From: Candidatus Micrarchaeota archaeon
GTDB taxonomy: Archaea; Micrarchaeota; Micrarchaeia; Micrarchaeales; CABMGC01
Assembly (NCBI GenBank): GCA_021792095.1
Contig: JAJYVH010000001.1
Coordinates: forward strand, 445,324 to 509,323
Reading direction: 5' to 3'
Length of the DNA stretch: 64,000 nucleotides
The translations under genes were made by a program, and so were the position numbers. How positions within the stretch are numbered: the stretch's first letter is position 1; each line of letters begins with the position of its first letter. Below are positions 8,863-17,087 of this stretch, one piece after another. The notes below the pieces were generated by a model. It was not told the origin of the DNA and searched no databases. It saw only the letters and a program-made list of their open reading frames with translations.

Positions 8863-9162
8863 CTATTCCTTCTTCTCGGCGAGTATGTATTTCCTGACTA
8901 CCTTTATTACCTGCTCTATCGCCTTGCGTATGTCTGCCTCTGTCTTGGCGCCGGTGCAGATTATCTTGCCGTTCTTGAAGAGCAGCAGCGCCACCTTCGG
9001 CTCCTTTATCTTGTATATGGCGCCTGGGAACTGCTCCGGCTCGTAGTCCACTGAGTTGGAAGCCTTGGCTATCGCGTACAGGTCCAATTCCACCCCCAGG
9101 TCGGCGCTAGCCACTATGTTCTCTATCTTGAAATTAGGCTTAAGCTCTACCCTCTTGGCCAT
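8863..9162 (-). CDS. single-repeat TATA-box-binding-protein-like protein (half-size TBP)
   Basis: The 99-aa protein from ATG 9162 is MAKRVELKPNFKIENIVASADLGVELDLYAIAKASNSVDYEPEQFPGAIYKIKEPKVALLLFKNGKIICTGAKTEADIRKAIEQVIKVV. That is one complete TBP repeat only. The ORF track extends it to 9282, but the extra 40 aa are not TBP-like. A TTTATAAA box at 9194-9201 fits the 9162 start. Confidence 0.7.
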   Translation of the reverse strand: MAKRVELKPNFKIENIVASADLGVELDLYAIAKASNSVDYEPEQFPGAIYKIKEPKVALLLFKNGKIICTGAKTEADIRKAIEQVIKVVRKYILAEKKE

Positions 9163-9193
9163 GCTGTTACCAGCTTCTATTCCTATGCTGGCA

Positions 9194-9201
9194 TTTATAA
9201 A
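9194..9201. promoter_or_regulatory. TATA-like box TTTATAAA between divergent TBP-like and rpl21e genes
   Basis: This palindromic AT-rich octamer lies 32 nt upstream of the minus-strand ATG at 9162. A second TTAAATA at 9212-9218 faces rpl21e. Confidence 0.4.
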
Positions 9202-9264
9202 CCTTAGTGGCTTAAATACTCTGTCCCGGCCTGTCGGCCGGCGCATTTTCGCATTGGCGATATC

Positions 9265-9552
9265 ATGACTGAACGTTCGCACGGCCTATTCCAGGGCAGG
9301 ACAAGGCACCTTGCAAGGCACCACAAGCCCAGCAGGCTCGGCATAGGCACAATGCTGAAGCGCTTCGGGGTGGGCGACAGGGTTGCTATAGTGCCGAAGG
9401 GCAACTTCAAGGACATACCCCATCCTAGGTACAGGGGAAGGGTGGGCACCGTCACGGAGAAGCGGGGCGGAGCCTACGTGGTGGAATTCATGGTCTCCTT
9501 AAAGACGAAGCGCACGCTTGTGGTAAACCAGCGCCACCTGGAAAAAGTCTAG
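9265..9552 (+). CDS. rpl21e: 50S ribosomal protein eL21
   Basis: 95 aa: HGLFQGRTRHL...GDRVAIVPKGNFKDIPHPRYRGRVGTV, typical of L21e. Confidence 0.9.
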   Translation: MTERSHGLFQGRTRHLARHHKPSRLGIGTMLKRFGVGDRVAIVPKGNFKDIPHPRYRGRVGTVTEKRGGAYVVEFMVSLKTKRTLVVNQRHLEKV

Positions 9553-10124
9553 TATCTCGGCTCCCTGGCGTAAGGCCTGGTGAGCATGTAGAACCTGCTC
9601 TCTCCCTTCAACTCCTCTACTACCCTGTCGGTGAGCAGCTTGACCGGGTCCTGCAGCAGGGGCACGCGTTCCGCTATGTCCCTGAAGCTCTCGAACCTCT
9701 TCGTCTCCCTCGCGTCCAGTATCGCCTTAAGGTGCTTCTTGCCCACGCCGGGAAGCAGCTCGAGGGAGTGCATGCGTATGTTCAGCGGCGAGGCGTTGTT
9801 GAACACGTCGACGAACCTCTGCTCGTCGCCCTTTATTATCTCGCCTATCGCTATGGGCAGCTCGTTCCTGGCCACCTGTGTGAGGTCGTTGTACGTTATC
9901 CTTGACTTTATGAGCGCGACCTTGTCCCTGTCGCCCTTGCCTATGTAGACGCGCTCCTTGATCCTTATGTCGGTCGTCTTGGGCACGACCTCGAGCAGCG
10001 TGAACTTGCCCTCGCCCAGCAGCTGCGCCACGGGCTCCGGCTTGGGCGAGAATGATTTGCCCGTGGGCATGTAGTCGAGCACAAGCGCGTACTCCTCCAA
10101 GCCCTCGTGCGTTTCCTGCATCAT
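9549..10124 (-). CDS. DUF655-family protein (OB fold plus HhH, predicted nucleic-acid binding)
   Basis: 191 aa: EEYALVLDYMPTGK...MHSLELLPGVGKKHLKAILDAR. It sits in the conserved archaeal neighbourhood L21e - Rpo4/F - DUF655. Confidence 0.7.
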   Translation of the reverse strand: MMQETHEGLEEYALVLDYMPTGKSFSPKPEPVAQLLGEGKFTLLEVVPKTTDIRIKERVYIGKGDRDKVALIKSRITYNDLTQVARNELPIAIGEIIKGDEQRFVDVFNNASPLNIRMHSLELLPGVGKKHLKAILDARETKRFESFRDIAERVPLLQDPVKLLTDRVVEELKGESRFYMLTRPYAREPRY

Positions 10125-10148
10125 ACCATCCCCCTGCCTGTTGTAGGC

Positions 10149-10499
10149 TCACTTGCCGGAGTGCGCCTGCACCACTCCCATTATCTTGCCTATCTCGTCC
10201 TCTTCGAAGCTCTTCTTCGTCTTGACGAGTATCTGCTTCAGCTGCGCCACGTCTATAGGCATTATGTCGCATATCTTTATCGCAACGGCCTCTCCCACCC
10301 CGTACTCTTCGAGCTCCTTCATCATCTTCCTTGCCTCTCCCGCGCTTAGCTTGTTGAACTTGCCCATGTGCTCGTAGGCGAGCTTCTGCTCGTAGCCAAG
10401 CTCACCCTCCTTCTTCCTGTCTTCTAGCACCTCCAGAGCCTCGGCCGATGTAACCGGCCTCTTCTGCTCCTGTCCTTTGCCTATCATTTCACTCGGCAT
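10149..10499 (-). CDS. rpoF: DNA-directed RNA polymerase subunit Rpo4 (F)
   Basis: 116 aa: TSAEALEVLEDRKKEGELGYEQKLAYEHMGKFNKL...AIKICDIMPIDVAQLKQIL matches the Rpo4/RpoF pattern. Confidence 0.8.
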   Translation of the reverse strand: MPSEMIGKGQEQKRPVTSAEALEVLEDRKKEGELGYEQKLAYEHMGKFNKLSAGEARKMMKELEEYGVGEAVAIKICDIMPIDVAQLKQILVKTKKSFEEDEIGKIMGVVQAHSGK

Positions 10500-10516
10500 T
10501 ACTTCCCTTCAAAACC

Positions 10517-10524
10517 ATATAAAG
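10517..10524 (+). promoter_or_regulatory. TATA box ATATAAAG for moxR-like gene (leaderless spacing)
   Basis: It lies 23 nt upstream of the ATG at 10547. The same spacing is seen at the tRNA genes and at 45849. Confidence 0.45.
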
Positions 10525-10546
10525 CTTTTGCACACATAGCTAAAAC

Positions 10547-11467
10547 ATGCCAGGAACAGACCCGGGCGACGTTTACGGCAGGCTGGTGGCCGAGGTGGGG
10601 AAGCGCATCGCCGGCCAGAGGAGCACGCTCGAGCTGATGATAATAGCGATGGTGGCCAACGGACATGCGCTCCTGGAGGGCGTGCCCGGCGTCGCGAAGA
10701 CGACGATGACCAAATCTCTAGCGGAGGCGGTGCAGGCAGACTTCGGCAGGATACAGGGCACCCCGGACCTCGAGCCCAGGGACATCGTTGGCTACACCTA
10801 CCTAGACGAGGGCAACAACGTGAAGATAAAGGAGGGCCCCATATTCACCAACATACTTCTCGTGGACGAGCTGAACAGGATGCAGCCGAGGACTATGAGC
10901 GCCCTGCTCGAGTCGCTGGGCGAGCTCCAGGTGACCCTCGGGGAGAGCACGCACGCGCTGCCCAAGCCGTTCATAGCGTTCGCCACGCAGAACCCGCTAA
11001 AGATAGAGGGCACCGAGCCGATACCGAAGGTGCTCGCGGACAGGTTCCTGATGAAGATAGACGTCGAATACCCGAGCATGGAGGAGGAGCAGGAGATGCT
11101 GCGCATCAAGGAGGCGGAGGCGCAGACCACAGTCAACAAGGTGATAGGCACGCAGGAGCTGATGCAGCTCCAGCGGATGGCCAAGGAGCAGGTGAAGATG
11201 CCTGACGAGATAGCCGGCTATGTCACCAGGGTGGTGGACGCGACCAGGAAGGACATGCACGCGATAATGGGCGCCAGCCCGAGGGCCGACATAGCCTTCA
11301 TGCAGTGCGGCAAGGCCAGGGCGCTGCTTCAGGGCAGGAGCGAGGTGAGCAAGGACGACATAAGGTTCCTGGCAAGGCCTGTGCTGAGCCACCGAATAGC
11401 GGTGCGCTCCACCGGCGGCATAGGCGTTCACGGCATAATAGACGGCATACTCGCGACGCTGGGCTAG
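10547..11467 (+). CDS. MoxR-family AAA+ ATPase
   Basis: 306 aa with LLEGVPGVAKTTMTKSLA (Walker A), LLVDELNR (Walker B) and the C-terminal lid typical of AAA_3/MoxR. Confidence 0.85.
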   Translation: MPGTDPGDVYGRLVAEVGKRIAGQRSTLELMIIAMVANGHALLEGVPGVAKTTMTKSLAEAVQADFGRIQGTPDLEPRDIVGYTYLDEGNNVKIKEGPIFTNILLVDELNRMQPRTMSALLESLGELQVTLGESTHALPKPFIAFATQNPLKIEGTEPIPKVLADRFLMKIDVEYPSMEEEQEMLRIKEAEAQTTVNKVIGTQELMQLQRMAKEQVKMPDEIAGYVTRVVDATRKDMHAIMGASPRADIAFMQCGKARALLQGRSEVSKDDIRFLARPVLSHRIAVRSTGGIGVHGIIDGILATLG

Positions 11468-11480
11468 TTGCCACGATACG

Positions 11481-12035
11481 GTGCCAAACGGAAACGTTAT
11501 AAAGCAGCGATTGAAGGGATTCAGCGATGGCGGTGTGATGCGCGCGACTGGCGAGAAAGCGATTCTTTTCATGGTTGTCCTGTTCTCTACGCTGGTCAGC
11601 GTAGGTGCGGTGCCTACAAGCTGCCTGTCAGGCGAATGCTCGACTTCCGTATCAACCTCCGTATCGTCCTCTACGCTGTCGAGCTCCAGCTCAACAACCA
11701 CCATACTCTCGGGCAGCTCCAGTTCTGGAGGGGCGGCTGCGCCATTGACATCGCTCCTTAGCTCTGAGCTCTGCGGCATCGTTAGCTCCATACAGACCAT
11801 AGTGGGCGTCCTTGCGCTGGCCCTGTTCCTTATAGGCGGTCTTATGTACGCCATAGCCCACTTCCTGCCCCCGAGCGTCGAATACAGGAAGAGCCTCATG
11901 GGCTGGGCCACGGCCATGATAACTGGCGGGGTGATAGGGCTGATTGTAGTGATAATAGCGCCAATGCTGGTAGGCATGTTCGCCGGGGCTGCGAGCACCG
12001 TGGGAGGCGGCGCGATAGGCGTAAGCTGCACGTAG
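11481..12035 (+). CDS. TrbC/VirB2-like two-TM small membrane protein with Ser/Thr-rich linker (candidate pilin, copy 1)
   Basis: Contains a signal-like segment (likely start ATG 11538: MRATGEKAILFMVVLFSTLVSVGA) and a low-complexity STSVSTSVSSSTLSSSSSTTT stretch. The core is LSSELCGIVSSIQTIVGVLALALFLIGGLMYAIAHFLPPSVEYRKSLMGWATAMITGGVIGLIVVIIAP. Confidence 0.55.
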   Translation: MPNGNVIKQRLKGFSDGGVMRATGEKAILFMVVLFSTLVSVGAVPTSCLSGECSTSVSTSVSSSTLSSSSSTTTILSGSSSSGGAAAPLTSLLSSELCGIVSSIQTIVGVLALALFLIGGLMYAIAHFLPPSVEYRKSLMGWATAMITGGVIGLIVVIIAPMLVGMFAGAASTVGGGAIGVSCT

Positions 12036-12242
12036 CCCAGCTTCCGCGGCCAGAGCACCTGCCTATGCTGCCCTCCTACGGCTTTAGGCGCGTCTGCCTG
12101 CCAAGCACGCAGCATACGTGGCGGATTCGCAATTGCAGCCTGCGCCAAGGCCCGCCCTACTGCATCGGTAAGCAGCCTGTGTCTCCCGCCCGCAAAGCAG
12201 GCCGCCTAATGCGCAAAGTATTAAAATAGTGAGCATAATAGT

Positions 12243-12632
12243 ATGGATAAGGTGGACATGATGCGTGCGATAAGCCCACGGCTCGTTCTTGCGTTGCTTA
12301 CTGTGTCGTCACTGCTTGTGTTTGTTAGCGGGCAGAGCACACTTACTACGCTGCTCTCGTCTGAGCTCTGCGGCATAGTGGACTCGATAAGGGCGATAGT
12401 GGGCGTCCTTGCGCTCGCCCTGTTCCTGATCGGCGGAGTGATGTACGCCATAGCCCACTTCCTGCCCCCTAGCGTGGAGTTCAGGAAGAGCCTCACCGGC
12501 TGGTCCACGGCCATGATAACTGGCGGCATAATAGGCCTCATAGTGGTTATAATAGCCCCGTCCGTAGTGCAGATGTTCACGAACGCAGCTAACTCGTTGA
12601 GCACCACCAGCATAAACCTCTACACCTGCTGA
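12243..12632 (+). CDS. TrbC/VirB2-like two-TM small membrane protein (candidate pilin, copy 2)
   Basis: 129 aa with a signal peptide, then LSSELCGIVDSIRAIVGVLALALFLIGGVMYAIAHFLPPSVEFRKSLTGWSTAMITGGIIGLIVVIIAP. It is near-identical to copy 1 over the core at both protein and DNA level. Confidence 0.55.
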   Translation: MDKVDMMRAISPRLVLALLTVSSLLVFVSGQSTLTTLLSSELCGIVDSIRAIVGVLALALFLIGGVMYAIAHFLPPSVEFRKSLTGWSTAMITGGIIGLIVVIIAPSVVQMFTNAANSLSTTSINLYTC

Positions 12633-12684
12633 CACAGGAGCGCCGCTTTCGAAAGCATAGCCCTAGCCGCGTATAGCTTATTTA

Positions 12685-14640
12685 TTGCTGTGCTGCATTC
12701 TCTTTCACACACCTGATTGTATGCGGCAAAGCGGCCTGCGCATTGGTTATTTTGAGTTTGCTGTAATCGCCATAGTGCTCGTCCTGTCCGTGTATGTTGC
12801 CGAGTTCCAAACCTTCTTTTCTAACGCCGTTTCGGCGCTGCTCCTGGCTGTTTTTGCATTCTTCTCTGTCTTTGTGTTCGTTCACGTGGTCTACTTCAGG
12901 GGAGCTGGCGCAAAGGCAGCCGCGCGCGCAAGGCTGGCGCAGCACCTGCTGCTGCTTTCATCGCTTGCATCCTTTCTGCTCATGTTTGTGTTTGCGGGTA
13001 CGCATTTTTGGGGCACGGTCAACACCACGCTTTCGTTTGCTACTGTAATCGGGAGTCTCTTTGTGCTCTTCCTGCCCCTGTTCATGTTTGTCTTCCTGGG
13101 CGCCAGCATCCTGAGGACAGGGAAAGGCAGCGCTGGCGATGCATCTGTCCTCTTCCTTGTGGCGTTCCTGATACTCGTCCTTTACTTCTCTTCCGGCTTG
13201 CTGCTTAAGTACTACACTGTGAACGACGAGGAGTTCCTCCAGCTCCATGCCGTGACCCTGACGCTCGAGGGCGGCAACCCGTATGCTGTTTCTTTTTCAA
13301 ACCTCCTTTTCACCAACGCAAGCACCATTGGCGTCTCGCTTACCAGCAATAACACGATAGTGGGGCGGATGGATTATCCTGCCCTCTATTTCCTCTCCTT
13401 CGTACCCTTCTACCTGATATCCAGCCCGACCCTGTACGACATGGGCCACGTGGACACCACCGTGGAGTCGACAGTGTTCCTGTTCATACTGCTGGCTGCG
13501 CTTGCATTTTCACTGAAGAGGGAAGAGCTGCTCAAGCCGAGACTGGTGCTCCTCGTGTTTGTGCTGCTCGCCGTGTTCATTACTGTGTCAATCACTACGT
13601 ATCTGATGCTCGCGCTTCTCGTGCTTGCCTACACGAGGATTGGCAACAAGTACGTGTGGGTGCTGCTCGGCCTGTGCGCCTCCATACAGGAGGAGCTCTG
13701 GATGCCCGTGATCCTGTTGCTCATCTATTCTTTGAACAACTACGGCATTAGGAAGGGGCTCTACGACATTGCTGGCACGCTTGCAGTGTTCCTGATGATA
13801 AATGCATACTTCATAGCTGCGGGCCCCGCTGCCTATTTCGGCGCTGTCCTCACCCCACTCAACGGTTTCTACCTGCCGAGCGGCATAGGGGCGGTGGGCT
13901 CGGCGCTGATGAGCTACTACCCCGTACTGATGCAGACCTACACGCAGCTATTCGACATAGCGACTGTAGCGCTCTTGCTTCTCTTCGCATACGTGAACAG
14001 GAAGGAGCTCGTGGGCCTTTTCAGTCTCATACCGCTTGTTTTCATGGTGCACGTCCTGCCTTCATATTATGTGATGTTCATTTTCCTCATCTTCTTCTCC
14101 TTATTCGCGGAGGGTGCCGCAGGCAAGCGGAAAGGCACGCTCAGCGGCGCGCTTAAAAGGCACAGACTGGCCTTTGCGCTCGCGATGCTGGTCATAGTGC
14201 TTGCTGCAGCATACGCCGTGTATGCGTCCAATGCATCTTACTCTTCCAACTTCGACGTGCGCCTGGTCAACCAGACGCTTGTTGTGAATCAGACTAGTGA
14301 AACTTCTTACTACTCGGCTACGCTTCTCTGCCATAACATTGCAAACACAACAGTGTATGCGTATGCCTTGGTCTATTACGGCAAGGGCACGTATCTGCTC
14401 GGATTCATCAACAAGAGCATAGTGACAAGCCCCACCGAAGCGCCTTCGTGCGGTTCGTACGAATGCAAGGTTAACGTGAACAAGATAGCACTGCATGGCG
14501 ACAGCGGCAGCTACAACCTGACCGCGACGCTGCCGTGGGCCAACGGGACCATGCCCGCAGATGGCGTCGTGATGGGCGTATACAACAACGAGTACGTGTA
14601 CCTCGGCCCGCCGGTGTACGGTCGCGCAGGCACAGGATAG
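12685..14640 (+). CDS. large polytopic membrane protein with C-terminal extracellular domain (GT-C-like glycosyltransferase candidate)
   Basis: 651 aa with more than 10 hydrophobic segments, then a soluble tail rich in N-x-S/T sequons. The likely start is ATG 12721. No specific catalytic motif was recognised. Confidence 0.4.
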   Translation: MLCCILFHTPDCMRQSGLRIGYFEFAVIAIVLVLSVYVAEFQTFFSNAVSALLLAVFAFFSVFVFVHVVYFRGAGAKAAARARLAQHLLLLSSLASFLLMFVFAGTHFWGTVNTTLSFATVIGSLFVLFLPLFMFVFLGASILRTGKGSAGDASVLFLVAFLILVLYFSSGLLLKYYTVNDEEFLQLHAVTLTLEGGNPYAVSFSNLLFTNASTIGVSLTSNNTIVGRMDYPALYFLSFVPFYLISSPTLYDMGHVDTTVESTVFLFILLAALAFSLKREELLKPRLVLLVFVLLAVFITVSITTYLMLALLVLAYTRIGNKYVWVLLGLCASIQEELWMPVILLLIYSLNNYGIRKGLYDIAGTLAVFLMINAYFIAAGPAAYFGAVLTPLNGFYLPSGIGAVGSALMSYYPVLMQTYTQLFDIATVALLLLFAYVNRKELVGLFSLIPLVFMVHVLPSYYVMFIFLIFFSLFAEGAAGKRKGTLSGALKRHRLAFALAMLVIVLAAAYAVYASNASYSSNFDVRLVNQTLVVNQTSETSYYSATLLCHNIANTTVYAYALVYYGKGTYLLGFINKSIVTSPTEAPSCGSYECKVNVNKIALHGDSGSYNLTATLPWANGTMPADGVVMGVYNNEYVYLGPPVYGRAGTG

Positions 14641-14677
14641 CCGCTGCCGCATCCGGAGCGCAGTCCGGGTGCAACGG

Positions 14678-16255
14678 TCATCTGCCTGTTTTCTTGTATA
14701 TGTAGATGCCGCCTCCCTTGGCATACAGCGAGTAGTCGTGGCTGACGTAGCCGCTTACGTTGAACTGCGCGCCAGTCAGATCGCCGTAGTCCGAGCAGTC
14801 TTTGCAGAAAACAACGAACTCGGGGGTGGTGTTGAGCCAGTAGAAGGAGTAGAGCGTCTTGTTGAGTGGCAGGTACCACGAGTATCCCTCGTCAGGGGGC
14901 AGTTCCAAATAGTACATCCTGTAAAGGCGCAGGGCTGTGTCTGCGCCAGCCAGTACGGTGGCGTTTTGGGGCAGGACGGAAAGCACATCCGAAGCGTTCT
15001 GCCAGCTCGTATAGTTTGCGACAGCCTGGTGCTCAAGAGAGGCATATGTGTAGATCGCAGGCGAAAAGTAGAGCACAAACCCGACGAACATGGCAGTTAT
15101 AACCAGTACGAGCGGTATGGATGCCTTTGCAAGGAAGCCCATGGCTCCGCGCGCTATGCCGCTTCCGGATCCGCGGCGCTTGTTGTTTAGCAGGAGCTCG
15201 AGCCCCATTATGGCCGCTACCACGGATCCCTCCGTAGCGTAAGTGAGGTTTTGGGTGTCCTGGAAGAGGAAGTTGGTGTTGTGCACTACAAACACTTCAG
15301 CCAGCCATGGCGATATGAGTATCAGCAGCGGTATGATTGCGATGAGCGGGTAGGGGCCGAACCACAGCAGCACAACGACGAGCAGCAGGATAGCGAACTG
15401 CACATACGTCGTGCCGAAGCTGCTGGTGGCGTTGGGTATGCTCCCTGCCTGCTGCTGCAGCTCGCCGAATATGTGGAGTATGCTCGGCGTATTTATGTAC
15501 GAGCCCGACGCGTACGCAGCCAGCAGCGACTGCGACGCATATAGGTAAAACACAAGGAATGCAACGGTGATTGCGAAGGCGGCGGGGAGCATTTTCGCAG
15601 TGTTACGGGCCCATATCCTGCTGTCCCGCCCCGGTCTTTTCGAGTACAGCAGCCCGTATGCCGCTATGCCTATAAGCAGCGTCAGGCCCACTATGGCGTC
15701 AACATCGAAGACGCTGAGGAAAACGAAGTACGATAGCAGGAAATATCTGCTGCCCCTTATGAACAGGTAGAAGGAAAGCACGTAGAGGAACAGCATCGCC
15801 GCTTCCAGGTGGAACGCAAAGTAAGTGAGCCCTATTATGCCCGGGTTCAGAAGGAACGCGAACACGAGCGCTGCTGAGACCGATTCCTTGCCAGTGACAA
15901 ACTTTGCGGCAAAGAAGACGAGCACAGCGGTGGCCGCTATGAACAGGTCCTGGACCACCACCAAGGTAAGCGGAGAGTTGAAAGCGAAGAAGATAGGAAT
16001 CAGGAGCAGGTGGAACGGCGATATGTGCGTCATGAAGCTTAGGTACTCGAGCCCTGACACAGCGCCTGCGTGGTATATGTCTATGTTCAGCGCGCTTGCA
16101 GCGGTCCCAAGGTCTATGTACGACGTGCCGAATGTGCTGTACTGGTACACTGCGAAAGAAATCCAGAAAGCAAGATACGCCAATATGGATGCGGCAAGAA
16201 GCACGCGGTACCTGTTCAGACCCTGCTGCTCTTTCACCCTAACCCCTCGATGCAA
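14678..16255 (-). CDS. DUF2079-like polytopic membrane protein (GT-C-like candidate)
   Basis: 525 aa. The N-terminal pattern STFGTSYIDLGTAASALNI...THISPFHLLLIPIF resembles the DUF2079 opening (FDLG...HFSP). It has many TM segments and a C-terminal soluble domain. Confidence 0.45.
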   Translation of the reverse strand: MHRGVRVKEQQGLNRYRVLLAASILAYLAFWISFAVYQYSTFGTSYIDLGTAASALNIDIYHAGAVSGLEYLSFMTHISPFHLLLIPIFFAFNSPLTLVVVQDLFIAATAVLVFFAAKFVTGKESVSAALVFAFLLNPGIIGLTYFAFHLEAAMLFLYVLSFYLFIRGSRYFLLSYFVFLSVFDVDAIVGLTLLIGIAAYGLLYSKRPGRDSRIWARNTAKMLPAAFAITVAFLVFYLYASQSLLAAYASGSYINTPSILHIFGELQQQAGSIPNATSSFGTTYVQFAILLLVVVLLWFGPYPLIAIIPLLILISPWLAEVFVVHNTNFLFQDTQNLTYATEGSVVAAIMGLELLLNNKRRGSGSGIARGAMGFLAKASIPLVLVITAMFVGFVLYFSPAIYTYASLEHQAVANYTSWQNASDVLSVLPQNATVLAGADTALRLYRMYYLELPPDEGYSWYLPLNKTLYSFYWLNTTPEFVVFCKDCSDYGDLTGAQFNVSGYVSHDYSLYAKGGGIYIYKKTGR

Positions 16256-16312
16256 CTTAGGATATATGCGCTGGTAATTTAATCCTAGCGTGCGTTGTGC
16301 ATACGTGCCGGC

Positions 16313-17044
16313 ATGTCAACAATAGTCGAGGATGCGCTGGAGACATACAGGAGCAACATAAGGCTGGTCCTCCTGTTCTCCATACCTTTCGTGATAGCCT
16401 TCCTGATACCTCTGATAGCGCCGCTGCCAACCTACATATCAGGGGGCGGCATATTCCTTAGGAGCGCCAGCATATTCCTGAACCTCAACGTGCTCAGCCT
16501 CGCGGTGATAGTGGTATCCGTTTTCATCTCGCTGCTGTTCCTGAGCTTCGCCTACGTGGCCATATCGCTCATAGTGAAGGCGAAGCGCACGCTCTCCAGG
16601 ACGGCTGCAGGAGTGGCGCGCGAGCTCGAGAAATATACTGGCAGGGTGTTTGTGGTGCTGCTCCTCTACGCTTTCGTGCTCACACTGGTCGACGTGCTGA
16701 GCTACTTCGTCGGCCTGCAGGGGATAGCCACCCCGGTTGTGGGCTTCTTCCTCTTCGCGCTTGTATTCTACGCCCCGGCCTCCATAGTGATAAACAACAG
16801 CGGCGTTCTCGCGTCCATGAAGCAGAGCGCGCTGCTCGTCGCTAAGAGGCCGCAGTACTTCCTGCTGTGGATAGCGCTGCTTGTCCTCGTCGTGTCCATC
16901 CTGGACTTCCTGCTGATACACATAACAGGCACGCCTGTGTCCAGCTACCTGATGCTGGTCCTGAACTCGCTCTTCGTGGTGCCCTACTTCGTGATACTGC
17001 AGGCGGAGGCGTACATGAGGCGTTTCTCCATACTCGGGCGCTAG
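16313..17044 (+). CDS. multi-TM membrane protein, first gene of the secretion-like operon
   Basis: The ORF track starts at TTG 16295. However, a TAATTTAAT box at 16275-16283 fits ATG 16313 (MSTIVEDALETYRSN). About 6 hydrophobic segments; function unknown. Confidence 0.6.
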   Translation: MSTIVEDALETYRSNIRLVLLFSIPFVIAFLIPLIAPLPTYISGGGIFLRSASIFLNLNVLSLAVIVVSVFISLLFLSFAYVAISLIVKAKRTLSRTAAGVARELEKYTGRVFVVLLLYAFVLTLVDVLSYFVGLQGIATPVVGFFLFALVFYAPASIVINNSGVLASMKQSALLVAKRPQYFLLWIALLVLVVSILDFLLIHITGTPVSSYLMLVLNSLFVVPYFVILQAEAYMRRFSILGR

Positions 17045-17087
17045 AACAACTCTTTAATAACTAGGCAGCGGAATAAGCTCGGGCGCC

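Noticed and set aside
9163-9282. Longer 139-aa version of the TBP-like ORF
   Set aside because: The extra N-terminal 40 aa (MRTFSHDIANAKMRRPTGRDRVF...) are not TBP-like. That start would place the TTTATAAA box inside the coding region and would overlap the rpl21e start by 18 nt. ATG 9162 fits promoter spacing.
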